A program made the position numbers and the translations under genes. The notes beneath the pieces are model-generated. The model saw nothing but the letters and a program-made list of their open reading frames with translations. It did not search any database and was not told the DNA's origin. A stretch of 64,000 bases of DNA from a virus. Below, in pieces: positions 7,252 through 16,392 of this stretch. The DNA is taken from positions 1-64,000 of IMG/VR virus record IMGVR_UViG_3300043251_000023; one strand, 5' to 3'. Every line of letters starts with the position of its first letter. The first letter of the stretch is position 1.

Positions 7252-8307
7252 ATATCGATCAAAGAGTATTTTGCGCTGGCTGGAACGTCGTTCACCAACG
7301 ACGATGCGCGGGTTATCGGCCCGGTTCTCCAAGAGATTGCCACCGATGGTAGCGTGACCGCAGAGGCGGTCGTGCAGGCCGCGCATTCCGCAAATAGCCC
7401 ACTGCGCAGCTATTTCGAGTGGGACGACAAAAAGGCTGCTCACCAATATCGAGTCGGCCAAGCCAACTACATGATAAACGCTGTCCGCGTGCGCTTTGTC
7501 AGCGCCGGCAAGGAATATGCGACGCGCGCTTATCGGGTTGTCACCAAGCAGTACGAAGGCGACGCGGCCGGATGGGATGAAGACGAGCGATCCGTCGAAA
7601 TCGTGCGGTCGCCGAACGATGAAATCTTGGCCGCGCTGCGGGAGGTTGATGCGTGGCGCGTCAAATATGCTCACCTTTCCACCTTCCAGAATGCCAAATC
7701 GTTTTTGGTGCCGATCTTCAACCAGATTGCCGAGTTCCGCGCGGATTTGGCTGGCAAAGAGGCTATGCCCATAGACGGGGCGCTCGGCGAGCTTACCCAA
7801 TGGGTTCAAAAATATGGCGACGCCGATGCCGTGTCCGCCTCTGCTCTCCTTGGCGAGCACATTCACTACATGGTGGAGGCGATCAACGAGTCCTGGGAAA
7901 ACTTTGGACGCTTCAAGCATGATCCGGCATTGCGTCGGTCTCTGGTGGAGGAAGAAAACGAGGAATTGCGCGAGCGCGTCCGGATTTTGGAGGAGATGTT
8001 AAACGGGAAGGAAAGTCTGCCGCCGGAATTGAGGTTGACCGCAAGCGAGGAGCGCGTCGTGTCAGCCCTGCTGTCGCGAGACGTTATGACCAAAGAGGCC
8101 ATTTCGATGGCGCTCTATTCCGACCGCCCCGATGTTGCGCCAGAATTAAAAATTGTCGACGTATTCGTGTGCAAAATCAGAGCGAAGATTGAATCGCACG
8201 GGTTGAAAATCGAAACGCATTGGGGACGCGGCTATTCGATGCCGGCGGAGAGTAAGCAAGAGCTGCGCGGCATGATCGCCGCGCGCAAAGAGGCCGCAGC
8301 GGCATGA
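7246..8307 (+). CDS. RAMP-associated partner domain fused to an OmpR/PhoB (CtrA-like) winged-helix DNA-binding domain
   Basis: N-terminal VTAEAVVQAA...SPLRSYFEWDDKKAAHQYR motif; C-terminal LTASE...LYSDRPDVAPELKIVDVFVCKIRAKI...IETHWGRGY. Confidence 0.75.
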   Translation: MSISIKEYFALAGTSFTNDDARVIGPVLQEIATDGSVTAEAVVQAAHSANSPLRSYFEWDDKKAAHQYRVGQANYMINAVRVRFVSAGKEYATRAYRVVTKQYEGDAAGWDEDERSVEIVRSPNDEILAALREVDAWRVKYAHLSTFQNAKSFLVPIFNQIAEFRADLAGKEAMPIDGALGELTQWVQKYGDADAVSASALLGEHIHYMVEAINESWENFGRFKHDPALRRSLVEEENEELRERVRILEEMLNGKESLPPELRLTASEERVVSALLSRDVMTKEAISMALYSDRPDVAPELKIVDVFVCKIRAKIESHGLKIETHWGRGYSMPAESKQELRGMIAARKEAAAA

Positions 8308-9038
8308 AACCTTTGCGTCGATTTGCAGATCATGGCGACGCCGGCGCGCCTTACTCACTGGCCCCGTCGCATATCGCCGCGCGGCTTGGCACAAGCCTTT
8401 ATCGCGAAGGGCGCCTAGGCTTCCCCAAGGGCAAAACGCTCCTAACCAGCGGCCATAACAATCGCAAGATCGGCGCCGTCATCCAAAAGGGTAGATGGAA
8501 GGGCTACCCGGTCTTTACCTTGACCCTGGAGGAACGCGCCACCTGTCCGCGCTCATGCGCGCATTGGCTCGATTGCTACGGTAACAAGATGAACTGGCCT
8601 ACTCGATGGATGAATGACGCGGACCTGATACCGACAATCGGTAGGAACCTATCGGATTTATCGAGAAACGTCCCGAATTTCGTTATCCGGCTTCATGTCC
8701 TTGGCGACTTTTATTCAGTCGCCTACGTCGAGCAATGGGCGCGATGGCTCGATGAATTTTCCGGCTTGCACGTCTACGGCTACACGGCTTGGCAGCCGGA
8801 TACTGCGATCGGTCGCACCGTCGCCGCACTCGCGGAAGCCCGCTGGGATCGTTTTGCGGTTCGCACGTCGAACGGCGTCGTGGCCGAACGCACGACTGCC
8901 ACGATCTACGAGGCCAACGCCAGCGGCCAAATAAATGGCGGCACGGTCTGTCCGGTACAGACAGGAAAAACCGAATGTTGCGCGACGTGTGCTTTATGCT
9001 GGCAGACGCAGAAGCGCATCATCTTCCTGGCGCACTAG
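8304..9038 (+). CDS. GP88-like Cys-rich phage protein
   Basis: TCPRSCAHWLDCY, IRLHVLGDFYS, C-terminal CPVQ...CCATCALCW. Confidence 0.6.
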   Translation: MKPLRRFADHGDAGAPYSLAPSHIAARLGTSLYREGRLGFPKGKTLLTSGHNNRKIGAVIQKGRWKGYPVFTLTLEERATCPRSCAHWLDCYGNKMNWPTRWMNDADLIPTIGRNLSDLSRNVPNFVIRLHVLGDFYSVAYVEQWARWLDEFSGLHVYGYTAWQPDTAIGRTVAALAEARWDRFAVRTSNGVVAERTTATIYEANASGQINGGTVCPVQTGKTECCATCALCWQTQKRIIFLAH

Positions 9039-9398
9039 GCTGGCGTTATATTGAATCTCCTCGACCCGCCATCCCGCCCGCACCAAGGTATTCGCATAAT
9101 CCGCCAGGACGCGCCGCAGCGCGACCCTCCCCGCCTCGGTGATGACGGTGTGCGTCGGCCGGAAGACCTTGGTCGGCCTCCCGCTCGGCTTCGCCGGTCG
9201 AATGAATCCGCGGTTGACCAGTGCGGTTAGGCTTTTTTGAATTTGGCAGGCGCGATCGCGTTCGAACGGATCGACGATGGAAACCGACTGGATGATCGGG
9301 ACGAAGCGCCCGTCAACATGCTCCATCAGCAAATCCCGCATCCCCGCGGAAACGTAATCTTCCTTGTTGTAGCGGAGCCGCTTGCGCTGAAGTGCCAT
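8994..9398 (-). CDS. hypothetical protein, possible winged helix
   Basis: SLTALVNRGFI...ITEAGRVAL pattern; AAGGGAAAAG purine-rich RBS. Confidence 0.5.
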   Translation of the reverse strand: MALQRKRLRYNKEDYVSAGMRDLLMEHVDGRFVPIIQSVSIVDPFERDRACQIQKSLTALVNRGFIRPAKPSGRPTKVFRPTHTVITEAGRVALRRVLADYANTLVRAGWRVEEIQYNASLVRQEDDALLRLPA

Positions 9399-9778
9399 GG
9401 CTTTTCCCTTTTCCTATACTTATCCCCAGGGCACATTAGGCTCGTTTCGGGGCGGCCGTCCAGCGGGACGGGGGACTAGCGCGGCGTGATTTTTAGCCCT
9501 ATAGTGGGAATCGGTACGGAATGGGAAGGCAGCGACAATCGACAGGTTAACCGTCAGATGGATGACTTAGACGAACTCGAAAAAATTGCGGCCCAAACCG
9601 ATTGGCACCCTGGCCGATCAAAGGCGAATGGCGGCCCAAAACGCGGCCGGGCGCCGAAGCCGAATGTGGGGAGCGCTCGGCAGCGTTTACGGCGAGCACA
9701 GGCGGCAAGCCTTTCGATGAAGCGTCGCAGAGAAAAGTAACAACAAGTATGTCGCCAACTTAGAGGTAGGAGGACACC

Positions 9779-10075
9779 GTGAAAGCCAATCAATACTGGA
9801 CACCATATTGGTGCGGGACGCCGGACACGCTCGCCGATTACCTCAACGAACAGCCGCTCGCGCGGCTAGGACCTTACCTGCCTCAAGCGGGAAGTCTCTG
9901 TCAGGACCGGAAGCCTTTCGACGATCCTGACCTTGTGACAGGGCTATGCCAGCGGCACCTAGGAGACGCAACGCCGCCGTTCTTTCATCTGGAATACGAC
10001 GCCGGCAAGGTGATCGGCATGAACAACATCGCCTGCGGTCTCGCGCCTTACCTGCCGCCATACTCCGGGTGCTGA
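9779..10075 (+). CDS. hypothetical protein
   Basis: AGGAGG RBS before GTG. Confidence 0.5.
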   Translation: MKANQYWTPYWCGTPDTLADYLNEQPLARLGPYLPQAGSLCQDRKPFDDPDLVTGLCQRHLGDATPPFFHLEYDAGKVIGMNNIACGLAPYLPPYSGC

Positions 10076-10354
10076 CCAATGAAAGAGCCAGCACAAGTCA
10101 TCGCCGATGCAATCCGAACAAACCTGCATCAGCCTCACCGCGCCAAGGAAGCCGCTCAGGCGGTGATTGGCGCGCTGGCGTCCGCAGGCTTCGCGATTAT
10201 TCCGCGGCGCCCCGGTAGGAGCCGCCTGGTCGTAGAGCGCAATCCAGGACCGCGCCCTTTGATGACCAACGCAATAGCCGGCGACCAAGGACGGCGCGGC
10301 GTTTTTACAGATGAAGACGCCGAGTGATACGGAATTAGCAGAAAGGAAAAGAGC

Positions 10355-10567
10355 ATGACGATACAGGCAACTGAGGCGATAGATGTGGCACGCGCGCTGC
10401 ACCGTCTCTCGTATCTCGAAATGATGGACCTCGCCGAATCTCTCTGCGGCACCATCAGGCAGCGAGAAGAAGATGGCGAGAAACCAGACTGCACCGACCG
10501 AGACACTATGGCCGATATTCTCAGGTGGTGGGCCGAGTGCCGCATCGACGCCGTGGAGAGTGAGTAA
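10355..10567 (+). CDS. hypothetical protein
   Basis: purine-rich RBS; stop overlaps the next start. Confidence 0.5.
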   Translation: MTIQATEAIDVARALHRLSYLEMMDLAESLCGTIRQREEDGEKPDCTDRDTMADILRWWAECRIDAVESE

Positions 10568-10779
10568 TGAAGATCACCATCGATAAGAACATTCCACGGC
10601 CGAATTTTGGCTACGAACTACCATTTGGACAGATGGAGATTGGCGATTCGTTCCTACTGCCCAAGGGTGTCTCGCAAGCCTACGCAAGACAGCTCATTGC
10701 CCGATTTCAAAAGGGCAAAACAACACGATTCTCGTTGCTCAAAGTCGATGATGGTTATCGTTGCTGGCGCGTCGCGTAA
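10567..10779 (+). CDS. small phage DNA-binding-like protein
   Basis: IDKNIPRP...PFGQMEIGDSF...GYRCWRV, a recurrent small phage protein pattern. Confidence 0.6.
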   Translation: MKITIDKNIPRPNFGYELPFGQMEIGDSFLLPKGVSQAYARQLIARFQKGKTTRFSLLKVDDGYRCWRVA

Positions 10780-10825
10780 AACGCCGACTTATGACAGATT
10801 AGCGTCCAACTTTTCGGAACATAAA

Positions 10826-11116
10826 ATGGGAAATGTGATCCACAAAACTGTGCCGATCCAAGTGTGGGCCGAGGTTGATGAAGGCATCGCCGACATGGTG
10901 CGCTATCTCAACACCATCCCAGGCGTCCGCACACATTCAAGCTGCCAGGGCACGATTGGTGAAGGCGGTCCCGAACCTTATCCGCCCTATGTCATGGTGA
11001 CCTGGGATTCGGATGAAACACTCGCGCGGCTAAAAGCCGAGTTTGACATGAGCGACTGCGACGGCGAATGCGAAGGCCAATACGGCTGTGCTTCCCCTCG
11101 CACATCAACGAATTGA
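10826..11116 (+). CDS. hypothetical phage protein
   Basis: VDEGIADMVRYLN...TH.SCQG motif. Confidence 0.5.
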   Translation: MGNVIHKTVPIQVWAEVDEGIADMVRYLNTIPGVRTHSSCQGTIGEGGPEPYPPYVMVTWDSDETLARLKAEFDMSDCDGECEGQYGCASPRTSTN

Positions 11117-11623
11117 GGATTTGGGGATGAGTCCCGGACTGGTGAAAAATGACAGGCGGACCAGGAACGTGCGCGACGCCTCGCGCCAGCCGTCATTCGT
11201 AGTCGCTGGCTCCGTAACCCAGCCATCCCCGCCAGAAAAGAGATCGCCGGCCACGAGGCCGGCGTCCCAGGTAACTCCTACAGCGTCCCGTAGGAAGCGG
11301 ACACCCGTCGTCCGGGGCCGTATGTGGTGAGAACATAGCATGACGCCCGCCACCCTGCAACTCAGAGAAATGGCCCGTGCGATCCGGGAGGATCGGATTT
11401 CTAGAGGACTGTCCGTTGACAAATACTACGATCAGGTTCTTGGCCCTTATTTGGACGGACTTCAAGATCGAAGCGGCGGCAGATGTTCGGCAATGACCTA
11501 CTACGACGGCAGACCGTTTCGGCAATGCCTCAGAGCGGTGAAATCTGCCGGACTTTGCTACCAGCATCTGATGCTTCGACGTGAGGTTGACGGCTAACTT
11601 CTGCATAGCATGGGATTTTTTAA

Positions 11624-12109
11624 ATGGACGCGCTGGACCACAATGCCTTCGCTACTAGCCTTGCGGACTATCTCAAAACCGCAGGCCCGCGACGACGGCT
11701 CACTTGGGAGAACATCACGTTCAACTGCGGTGACGGCGCGGATGCCTATAGCTGTCGCCCTGACGTGTTTTCTATCGTGCCGGCGCTCGATCCTCAGCAC
11801 ACCCGGCCATGGACATGCGAGGTCAAGGTCTCGCGTGCTGATTTTCTCTCCGATGTGCGATCTGAAAAGTGGAAACGCTACCGGCGCTTTTCTTGTCGCA
11901 TCTGGTTTGCCGCTCCGGAACAGATGATACGCCCAAACGAATTGCCGGAAGGCGTCGGGCTTCTAGAATTTCGCAAGCCGGAATGGGTGCCGGTAGTGCG
12001 CCCAAAATTCTGCAAGGGCTGGGAGTTGTCAGGCCGCGATCTAATGCGCCTGATCCTAGGCAAGTGGGGCACCTACGCCGACCGTCTTGAAATGGAAAAG
12101 GCCGCCTGA
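11624..12109 (+). CDS. MmcB-like PD-(D/E)XK nuclease
   Basis: RPDV...EVKVSRADFLSD...KWKRY...WFAAP. Confidence 0.75.
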   Translation: MDALDHNAFATSLADYLKTAGPRRRLTWENITFNCGDGADAYSCRPDVFSIVPALDPQHTRPWTCEVKVSRADFLSDVRSEKWKRYRRFSCRIWFAAPEQMIRPNELPEGVGLLEFRKPEWVPVVRPKFCKGWELSGRDLMRLILGKWGTYADRLEMEKAA

Positions 12110-12140
12110 CAATCGGCGACATACTGAGGTTTAGCATGGA

Positions 12141-12180
12141 CCTAGGCCCACTTGACACCTAGGCCCGAATATGCAATACT
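12141..12180 (+). promoter_or_regulatory. sigma70-type promoter with a CCTAGGCCC direct repeat flanking the -35
   Basis: TTGACA 12152-12157, 17-nt spacer, AATACT 12175-12180; CCTAGGCCC at 12141 and 12158. Confidence 0.65.
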
Positions 12181-12223
12181 CCATAAATCGGAAGGGCAAT
12201 CCTGCCCGCTGATGGAGAGACAG

Positions 12224-12601
12224 ATGGAACGGTCAACAGCAATTAAGAGGCTCGGCAAACTCCTTGGTAAAAACTTTGGCTATCGCATCAATGACAAGGC
12301 ACCCACACAAGAAGAGCGCGCCGCAGCGAAAGAAGCACTCAAACCGGCTTGCGCGGAACGGGATGCTCTAAAGGAAAAGCGCGACGAACGACATCGAGCA
12401 ATCCTAGCGGCAGACGCGGAGTACCAAAATCTTCACGCCCAGCACAGAGCGGCAACCGAGCGCGTGGATAAGCTCGGGTCTGTAACTCGCCACTACAAAA
12501 TTACGGTCGGCGTCTCGACAAGCATTTTCTTCCGCATCATGGCCGAAGGCGATTCGTGGGAGGAAGTCATTGCCGTTCTGACGAAGGAAAGGGCCACCTA
12601 A
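12224..12601 (+). CDS. hypothetical coiled-coil protein
   Basis: GGAGA RBS; lies downstream of the promoter above. Confidence 0.55.
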   Translation: MERSTAIKRLGKLLGKNFGYRINDKAPTQEERAAAKEALKPACAERDALKEKRDERHRAILAADAEYQNLHAQHRAATERVDKLGSVTRHYKITVGVSTSIFFRIMAEGDSWEEVIAVLTKERAT

Positions 12602-12805
12602 ATGTCCCCTGCTCAATTTCGTTCCGCACTCGACCGCCTCAAACTCAGTCAGCTTGGGGCGGGTCGGCTGTTCGGCGCGGAAAGCGAGCGCACCCCGCGC
12701 CGGTGGGCATCGGGCGAACGGGCGGTTCCTAAGTCGGTTGCCATCCTGCTTCGCCTCATGCTCGCCGGCAAAGTCACAACGAAAGATATTGAGTCCGTAC
12801 AATGA
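12602..12805 (+). CDS. Xre-family HTH regulator
   Basis: QFRSALDRLKLSQLGAGRLFG..ERTPRRWASGER.VP. Confidence 0.8.
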   Translation: MSPAQFRSALDRLKLSQLGAGRLFGAESERTPRRWASGERAVPKSVAILLRLMLAGKVTTKDIESVQ

Positions 12806-13277
12806 ACCTCTCCGCTTTGATGGAATCCTACCGCACCGACCCGGTGTCGAACTTCGCCAAGCTCGAATACTGCACGCGGCGGGTGATGCCATGAACCTCC
12901 CCGCCGACAAAATCCCAACCGACGCCACGGCATTCAAGAAATGGGCCGATGCCGCCTGCACTGATTGGCCTGGCGGACTGCAAGTCCTCGCCTATCGCGC
13001 TTGGCAATGGCTGGACGGGATGAAGTTTAGGACAGCCGCAGACCATGAGGCGTTTATGACTAGGTACAAGCAACACATCGGGCAATCGTGAAGGATCACC
13101 GCCATGGACAGCGAAGATGCGGTTGAGAGAGACTTCAAATCTGGCGGTCTGAGTTACATCGACGCAATCGAGCGGCTTCAAGGGTTAGGTGTCGAACCTC
13201 ACAAGGCAGAAATGAAAGTATGCCAATGGGATGACGACAACGAAGCTGAGAAAGTAGGACCCTAAATGGATTGGAAC

Positions 13278-13413
13278 ATGAACTATCTGGGGCGCAGGTC
13301 CACTAGGCCAACCAAAAGGAGCGGAGCCGACAAGGGCGGCAACTTCCGCAAAGGCCAACAGCAGAGGTGTCCCGGTTCGATCCCGAGCGCGGCCTGCGTC
13401 TCAGATAGTTCAT
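13278..13413 (+). ncRNA. candidate structured non-coding RNA
   Basis: 23-bp closing stem (13278-13300/13391-13413) with three G-U pairs; inner hairpin; T-loop-like GGTTCGATCCC. Confidence 0.5.
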
Positions 13414-13726
13414 ACCGCGCCAGCCGGGAGAACACCCATACCGTGCAGCGGATGCGGATGGAAAAGAGCAGCGAGAAGGTGGCGTGATATGTACGAGCTT
13501 TGCTTGCCCGACTGGCCAGTTGGCCCTCAAATAAACCAAGCATGTTGCACAGAAGCGGGACTATGTGCAGCCCGAGCCTCGGACGGTAGCATCAGGTCAC
13601 GGCGGCAGGCCAGTGAGGATACCGAGGACGACGGCGGTCTTGTTGGAAGTGACCTTCTCGACCGTTCGTTAGCCGCCAACTTTTACCGACTGCTGCGTCG
13701 TTACTCGCCAACTTCACGAGGATGAA

Positions 13727-14332
13727 ATGATCGCCGCGCTCTTTGTCGAAACCAACGGATGCTACTTCGGCTTGCCGAACGTGGACCCGTGGGACGAGCA
13801 GAGAGACGCGCGGCACTACGCCGGCCCGCATCGCGTAGTTGCGCATCCCCCGTGCGAGCGCTGGGGACGCTATTGGGGCGGCGGCCCTAGCGCCAAGGTC
13901 AAGCGCATCAAGGGAAGCGACGGCGGCTGCTTTGGCGCAGCGCTCGCGTCTGTGCGTCGCTGGGGCGGCATCCTAGAGCATCCCGAAGCAAGCCATGCTT
14001 GGAGCCATTTTGGCCTGAATAAACCACCTCGTAAGGGCGGCTGGGTTGTTGCCGACTTCTGCGGCGGATGGACCTGCTGCGTTGAACAGGGGCACTACGG
14101 GCATCGAGCTCGCAAGGCAACATGGCTTTATGCAAATGGCATCGAATTGCCGTCGCTGCGCTGGGGATCGTGTGGACCGAAGGCGCGTCTAGATGGCGGC
14201 TGGCACCATGGCGATACCGAGCGATATGCCGGCCCGCGTTTAAAGGCCAACGAAACTGCCGCGACGCCAATCGAGTTTCGCGACTTGTTGCTTTCGATGG
14301 TTGCGCCGCTCGCAATGGCAAGAGCAGGCTAA
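13727..14332 (+). CDS. putative divergent DNA cytosine methyltransferase-like protein
   Basis: IAALFV start, VVAHPPC (PC motif), LEHP, GHRARKATWLY. Confidence 0.5.
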   Translation: MIAALFVETNGCYFGLPNVDPWDEQRDARHYAGPHRVVAHPPCERWGRYWGGGPSAKVKRIKGSDGGCFGAALASVRRWGGILEHPEASHAWSHFGLNKPPRKGGWVVADFCGGWTCCVEQGHYGHRARKATWLYANGIELPSLRWGSCGPKARLDGGWHHGDTERYAGPRLKANETAATPIEFRDLLLSMVAPLAMARAG

Positions 14333-14350
14333 CACGGGGTTAACAGGCAC

Positions 14351-14629
14351 ATGACCGACATCCGACCACCCAATTACATTCCGACGCTCGATGAGGCGGT
14401 GCGCTACATTCGCAGCAATCCGGCTGTAGCATGGGAGATTTTGCGCGAGCAAATAGGTCTAGCCACAGAGGCCGAAGCCGTTTCCGATGGCCGCCTTCGT
14501 GAATTGTGGAAGCTCAACGGCGGCGCGGTTGGCAAAGGAAACCGCGCATGGATTGAGGTTGACCTGCTCCCGCGCCTTCTGCGCGAGGTTGTAAGCGCCG
14601 TCGTCCGGGCGGCAAGGCATGAGATTTAG
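14351..14629 (+). CDS. hypothetical protein
   Basis: 92-aa ORF in operon order. Confidence 0.45.
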   Translation: MTDIRPPNYIPTLDEAVRYIRSNPAVAWEILREQIGLATEAEAVSDGRLRELWKLNGGAVGKGNRAWIEVDLLPRLLREVVSAVVRAARHEI

Positions 14630-15090
14630 GCACAGTAAGGACGCTAGCATGGAAAAGAAACCCCACAAAGTTATGACCCGCGAAGAATACGCGGCAATGC
14701 CAATCCTCGGCTGGCATGAAGTCTGCCGCGACGTGGATGGATTTGGGGGTATAGGCGTTCGTTTCTTAGAACAAAAACGGTCGCGCGGCGGCTCCAAGGT
14801 TTCGATTATCGGCAAAGGATGGTCGACTCGCAGGCGTTCAAAATATTTGCAGCCCGTAAAATCACGGGGTTAACGCTTATGCGCTGCAAGATTGACGGTT
14901 GGCTTAACAATGACAACTGCACCGTCGCGTGCGAGTGCCACCTTGACCCACGCAACAATGGTCGGCAGGCAGGCCCCCTGATGGTCCGACACATCATCGA
15001 CGGCCACGAGGTTCTGTTGCCGGCAGACGCGCAATTCGACCGCGATGATCTTGGCGGCACGTATTGAAAACAGGCACAGTCAGGACGTTA

Positions 15091-15885
15091 ATGCCCAGAA
15101 TCGAGACCATAGGCGCCGCGACACTCTATCTCGGAGACTGCGGCGAGATATTGCCGACGCTCGACGGTATAGACATCGCCGTCACTAGCCCGCCCTACAA
15201 TCTCGGCAGCGCGCCTTGGGCTCACCTGGGGCACTGGAAGCCCGGCAATGCGGCCGGCGCAGGGGGACGAGCAAAATGGAAATCGGGCGCCAGCAGCGAC
15301 GGCGTCGCCTACGGCGAGCATGACGACACAATCCCATGGGCGGAATACGTCGCATGGCAGCAATCCATCGTGTCTCTGATCTGGGATGCGCTTGCCGATA
15401 ACGGCGCGCTGTTTTTCAACCACAAGCCTCGCGTGATAGGCACGAAACTGTGGACCCCTTTAGAGCTGATCCTGCCGCCGGCGGAGTTGCGCCAGATCAT
15501 AGTGTGGTCGCGGCCGGGAGGAATGAACTACAGCCCAGCCTCGTTCGTACCCACGCATGAATGGATTTTATTGCTGGCAAAGCCTGCATTCCGCCTCAAG
15601 TCGAAGGGCGTTTCAGGCCTCGGCGACGTGTGGCCCATGCGCCCGGAAAAGAACGAGCATCCGGCGCCGTTCCCGATCGATCTTCCGGCGCGCGTGCTCG
15701 AAGCAACCGCGGGTAAGACCGTCCTTGATCCGTTCATGGGTTCTGGCACGACGGGCGTTGCCTGCGCCCGCACCGGCCGAAGGTTTATCGGCATCGAGAA
15801 AGACCGCCGCTGGTTTGATCTTGCCTGCGAGCGAATTGATCTGGCGTCACGTCAGCCCGACATGATTGCTGAAAACAGGCACTAA
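15091..15885 (+). CDS. beta-class N4-cytosine/N6-adenine DNA methyltransferase
   Basis: LYLGDC, VTSPPYN, HPAPFP, VLDPFMGSGTTGVAC, FIGIE. Confidence 0.92.
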   Translation: MPRIETIGAATLYLGDCGEILPTLDGIDIAVTSPPYNLGSAPWAHLGHWKPGNAAGAGGRAKWKSGASSDGVAYGEHDDTIPWAEYVAWQQSIVSLIWDALADNGALFFNHKPRVIGTKLWTPLELILPPAELRQIIVWSRPGGMNYSPASFVPTHEWILLLAKPAFRLKSKGVSGLGDVWPMRPEKNEHPAPFPIDLPARVLEATAGKTVLDPFMGSGTTGVACARTGRRFIGIEKDRRWFDLACERIDLASRQPDMIAENRH

Positions 15886-16060
15886 CCGCCGATGCAGCGA
15901 GATTTGAAATGGCACTTCTGGAAGTTCGTGCACAACGCTCTAATCCACCCGTGGCTTGCGCTACCGTGGGAACCGCGGTGGGCACAACGAGCGCACGACT
16001 GGACCGCGAAGCGGTGTGAAGGCGGCGGTTAACCGCCGAACAGCATGGAGACCAAATAAA

Positions 16061-16351
16061 ATGGCGCTCAGCAAGCGAGATAAAGCCAACGCCGCTCAAC
16101 TCAGGCTATTGGTTTCGATGGTCGCTGACATCAAGGCACTCGTGGTTGCCAAAAAGCCACTGCCGGAAATCAGTCTCAAGGTAGTGCCGGAATGGTGTCG
16201 CAACAACCCAGGACGGGCGGCAAAGACCATCACGCTATTGCGCGACGCGCTTATGAGAACCATCGGGCACTGTGACCGAGCAAAGCATAAGGACAGCAAA
16301 TATCGCGATGAGCGTGATGCCATTGTGGATGCCCTTGGTGGCCCGCGCTGA
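16061..16351 (+). CDS. hypothetical protein
   Basis: GGAG upstream of ATG 16061. Confidence 0.45.
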   Translation: MALSKRDKANAAQLRLLVSMVADIKALVVAKKPLPEISLKVVPEWCRNNPGRAAKTITLLRDALMRTIGHCDRAKHKDSKYRDERDAIVDALGGPR

Positions 16352-16392
16352 GAAAAACAGACACATACCCGTCCAAAGCAGGGAGATTGAAA

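Noticed and set aside
13365-13403. tRNA gene suggested by GGTTCGATCCC
   Set aside because: There is no D-arm or anticodon arm with tRNA spacing; kept only as a candidate ncRNA.
14330-14344. CTAA-N7-TTAA, similar to a CtrA box
   Set aside because: A single imperfect copy, not distinguishable from chance.
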